Part shown: in pieces, positions 61,866-64,000 of the stretch
Position numbering within the stretch: position 1 is the first letter of the stretch
Layout: each line of letters opens with the position of its first letter
DNA from: Lophium mytilinum
Lineage: Eukaryota
NCBI GenBank assembly: GCA_010093605.1
Contig: MU004182.1
Span: 2,775,195 to 2,839,194 of the forward strand
Length of the DNA stretch: 64,000 bases
Direction: 5' to 3'
Made by a program: the position numbers and the translations under genes
Notes under the pieces: model-generated
Database searches by the model: none
What the model was told of the DNA's origin: nothing
What the model saw: only the letters and a program-made list of their open reading frames with translations

Positions 61866-64000
61866 TTAAACCTTTATCTTACTATAAATATAGTCTAGAT
61901 TTAATTCTAGTATTAAATCTAAGCCTCTAATATAAGAAGTATCTTCTTTAATAGTAAAGATAGTTCTAGTAAAGTCTTCTACTAAGTAGTAAGTATCTTT
62001 ATTACCTTCTAATAACTTAAAGCTATATAAATCTCTACCTTCTAGATTTCTAGCTAAATAAGTAGCTAATAGAATAATATCTTTATATATGCATATAATA
62101 GGCTCTATTCTATTAGCTAGGCATACTTCTAAAGGTAGGAAGCATTCTAAGCAGGTATTAGTATTATTTAATAAGCCTAAGTTAGATATTTCTTCTTTAA
62201 TAGGTAGAATAGCTTTAAATATTAGTTTACTTTTAGAATTAGGGCAGTTATATATACTATGCCATTTATAATTACTATCTCTATTATTAAAGCAGTAAAA
62301 GCAGATTTCTTTTAAAGTATCTAGCCGTTCTAATATACTAATAATATAGCTATTATCTTCTTCTTTTTCTAGTTCTTCTAAGAATAAAAGCTTAGAACTA
62401 GACTTAGATTTAGTAGTAATATTCTCTTCTTCTTCTCTTTCTATATCTTCTAGAAAGCCTAGCTTTTTAGTAGGGCTAGTTAAAGTAGTACTAGTATTTT
62501 TTTTAGCTTTAGTATTAATAGAAAGCTTACTAGAATAAGTATTAGGTACTCTACTAGTATTAGATAAGATAAACTCTTTATCTTTTCTAATAATACTACT
62601 AGGATAAGTATTAGGTACTATACTACTACTAGGTAATATAGTATCTTTATTTCTTTTAGTAATACTAGAAGAATAAGTATTAGATACTCTAGTAGAAGTA
62701 GGGCTATTACTAGGTAATATAGGTAGATTATTACTAGAAGTAGAAGAAGAGTTATTAGAACTTATTTCTATATACTTTTTATCTTTACTTTTAAGTATAT
62801 TTCTAGTAGTTCTACTAATAGATATATTATTACTAGAAGAAGAATCTTTTCTAGCTTTATCTTTAGATTTACTTTTCTTTTTTAAACTAGTAGGTATATT
62901 AATACTAGTATTATTAGAAGAACTATCTTCTATTTCTATATTTTTAAGCTTAGCTTTCTTAGTTATAGTAGAACTAGTAGGATTATTTATACTAGATTTC
63001 TGCCGTCTATGCTTTCTACTAGAGCTACTAGCTATAGAATTAGTATTTTTATCTACTAGCTTAATAGGAGCTAAACTAGAAATAAAAGTAATATTAAAAG
63101 GGTTACCTTCTAGCTCTATTAGATTAAAGTAAGTTAAAAATCTAATACTAGCTAAAAAGAACTCTTCTTCTAAAGGCTTAGTAGTATTTCTAGCTAAGCT
63201 AAAAGGGCGGCCGTAGTTTCTATTACTAGTAATAGTATTTCTATTAGCTTATATATCTTCTATAGTAATAGTATCTTTAAAAGTATCTTTATTAATAGTT
63301 TTAGTACCTATTTTATACTTTAAAATATAATCTATTAACTGCCTATAGTTACTAATATTAATTCCTACTTTAAAGAAGTTCTTAGTTTCTTTAACTAGTA
63401 GATTAGAGATAGAACTAGATTTAATAATACTATTATTATACTCTAGTAAATAAGGACTAATAGTAGTAATTCCTAAGGCTTTAATAGATAGAAAGTTATA
63501 AAAAGGTAGTACTACTAGTAGATATAGCTTAAGTATATTACTTAGCTTAGGCCCGAAGTATCTAGTACTTTTAGAACCTATATTAGTAGTATTTTGCATT
63601 TTATGCCACCTACTATTAAGTCTTATTAATCCTAATCTAGGTTCTATAGTTAAGTCTCTTAAACCGGTTTCTATAGTATTTTTATAAGTAATTAATACTA
63701 CTTCTTCTCCTCTTAAAGGGGAACCGCTAGTTAAATAAATAGCTAGTGCTAAATACTCTATAAATCTTTTTCTAGCTTTTAGAAAAGTAGTAGTATTTTT
63801 AGTATTAAAAGTATACTCTAAAGTAGAACTTATATCTTTAATATACTTCTTACTAAAAAAAGTTTCTCTATCTAGTACTTTATCTTCTAAAAGAGTAGTA
63901 TATTTACTTAGATTATAATAAGAGCTAGTTTCTATATAGTCTATAAAGTAATAGTCTTTTTTACTTTCTAAAGGTATATCTTTAAGAGAGTTAAAATCTA
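61866..64000 (-). mobile_element. Tyrosine-recombinase-like gene (telomere-linked helicase/DUF3505-associated type) with a C-terminal Cys/His domain; 5' end outside the window; one stop at 63249-63251
   Basis: LAIYLTSGSPLRGEEV, RWHK, RYFGP..LYLLVVLPF, NYRQL, EDI*ANR...NYGR; then an S/T/K-rich linker; then CFYC..WH...NC and CLECFLP..C...CIYKDII. Confidence 0.7.

Larger units (their letters stand above)
49630..64000. other. AT-rich, RIP-mutated repeat compartment
   Basis: Abrupt GC drop, TpA excess, CpA/TpG depletion and almost no ATG-initiated ORFs. Confidence 0.95.

Noticed and set aside
61866..64000. Starship captain (DUF3435) assignment
   Set aside because: The motifs resemble the GQPARGTE / helicase-associated type rather than DUF3435, and no cargo boundary is visible. 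An HMM test is needed.

Overview
Genomic DNA from a filamentous ascomycete (GT-AG introns, Zn2Cys6 regulators, RIP signature), in two compartments. The first (1 to ~49.6 kb) is gene-rich with balanced GC. It holds lineage-specific genes (SRR1-like, RING, F-box-like) and a 7-gene putative peroxisomal oxidation/CoA-catabolism cluster at 3.6-19.1 kb (nitronate monooxygenase-like, Ctf1beta/FarB-like TF, acyl-CoA ligase, cytochrome b5-acyl-CoA dehydrogenase, Zn alcohol dehydrogenase, aldehyde dehydrogenase, P450). It also holds an MFS/Zn2Cys6 pair, an M43 protease, a HAD hydrolase, a GH5 endoglucanase and a compact terpene cluster at 38.8-49.2 kb (terpene cyclase, P450, two GMC oxidoreductases, PTH11-like protein). 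The second (~49.6-64 kb) is an AT-rich RIP-mutated block with a MULE transposase relic, a Ty3/gypsy relic, repeat arrays and a tyrosine-recombinase-like gene at the right edge. The most striking observation is this last gene: about 710 codons with one in-frame stop inside heavily RIP-like DNA, with its Cys/His/Gln codons surviving in the GCA/TGC context. This suggests a RIP-adapted mobile element. Exon boundaries and family calls were made by eye, with no database searches.
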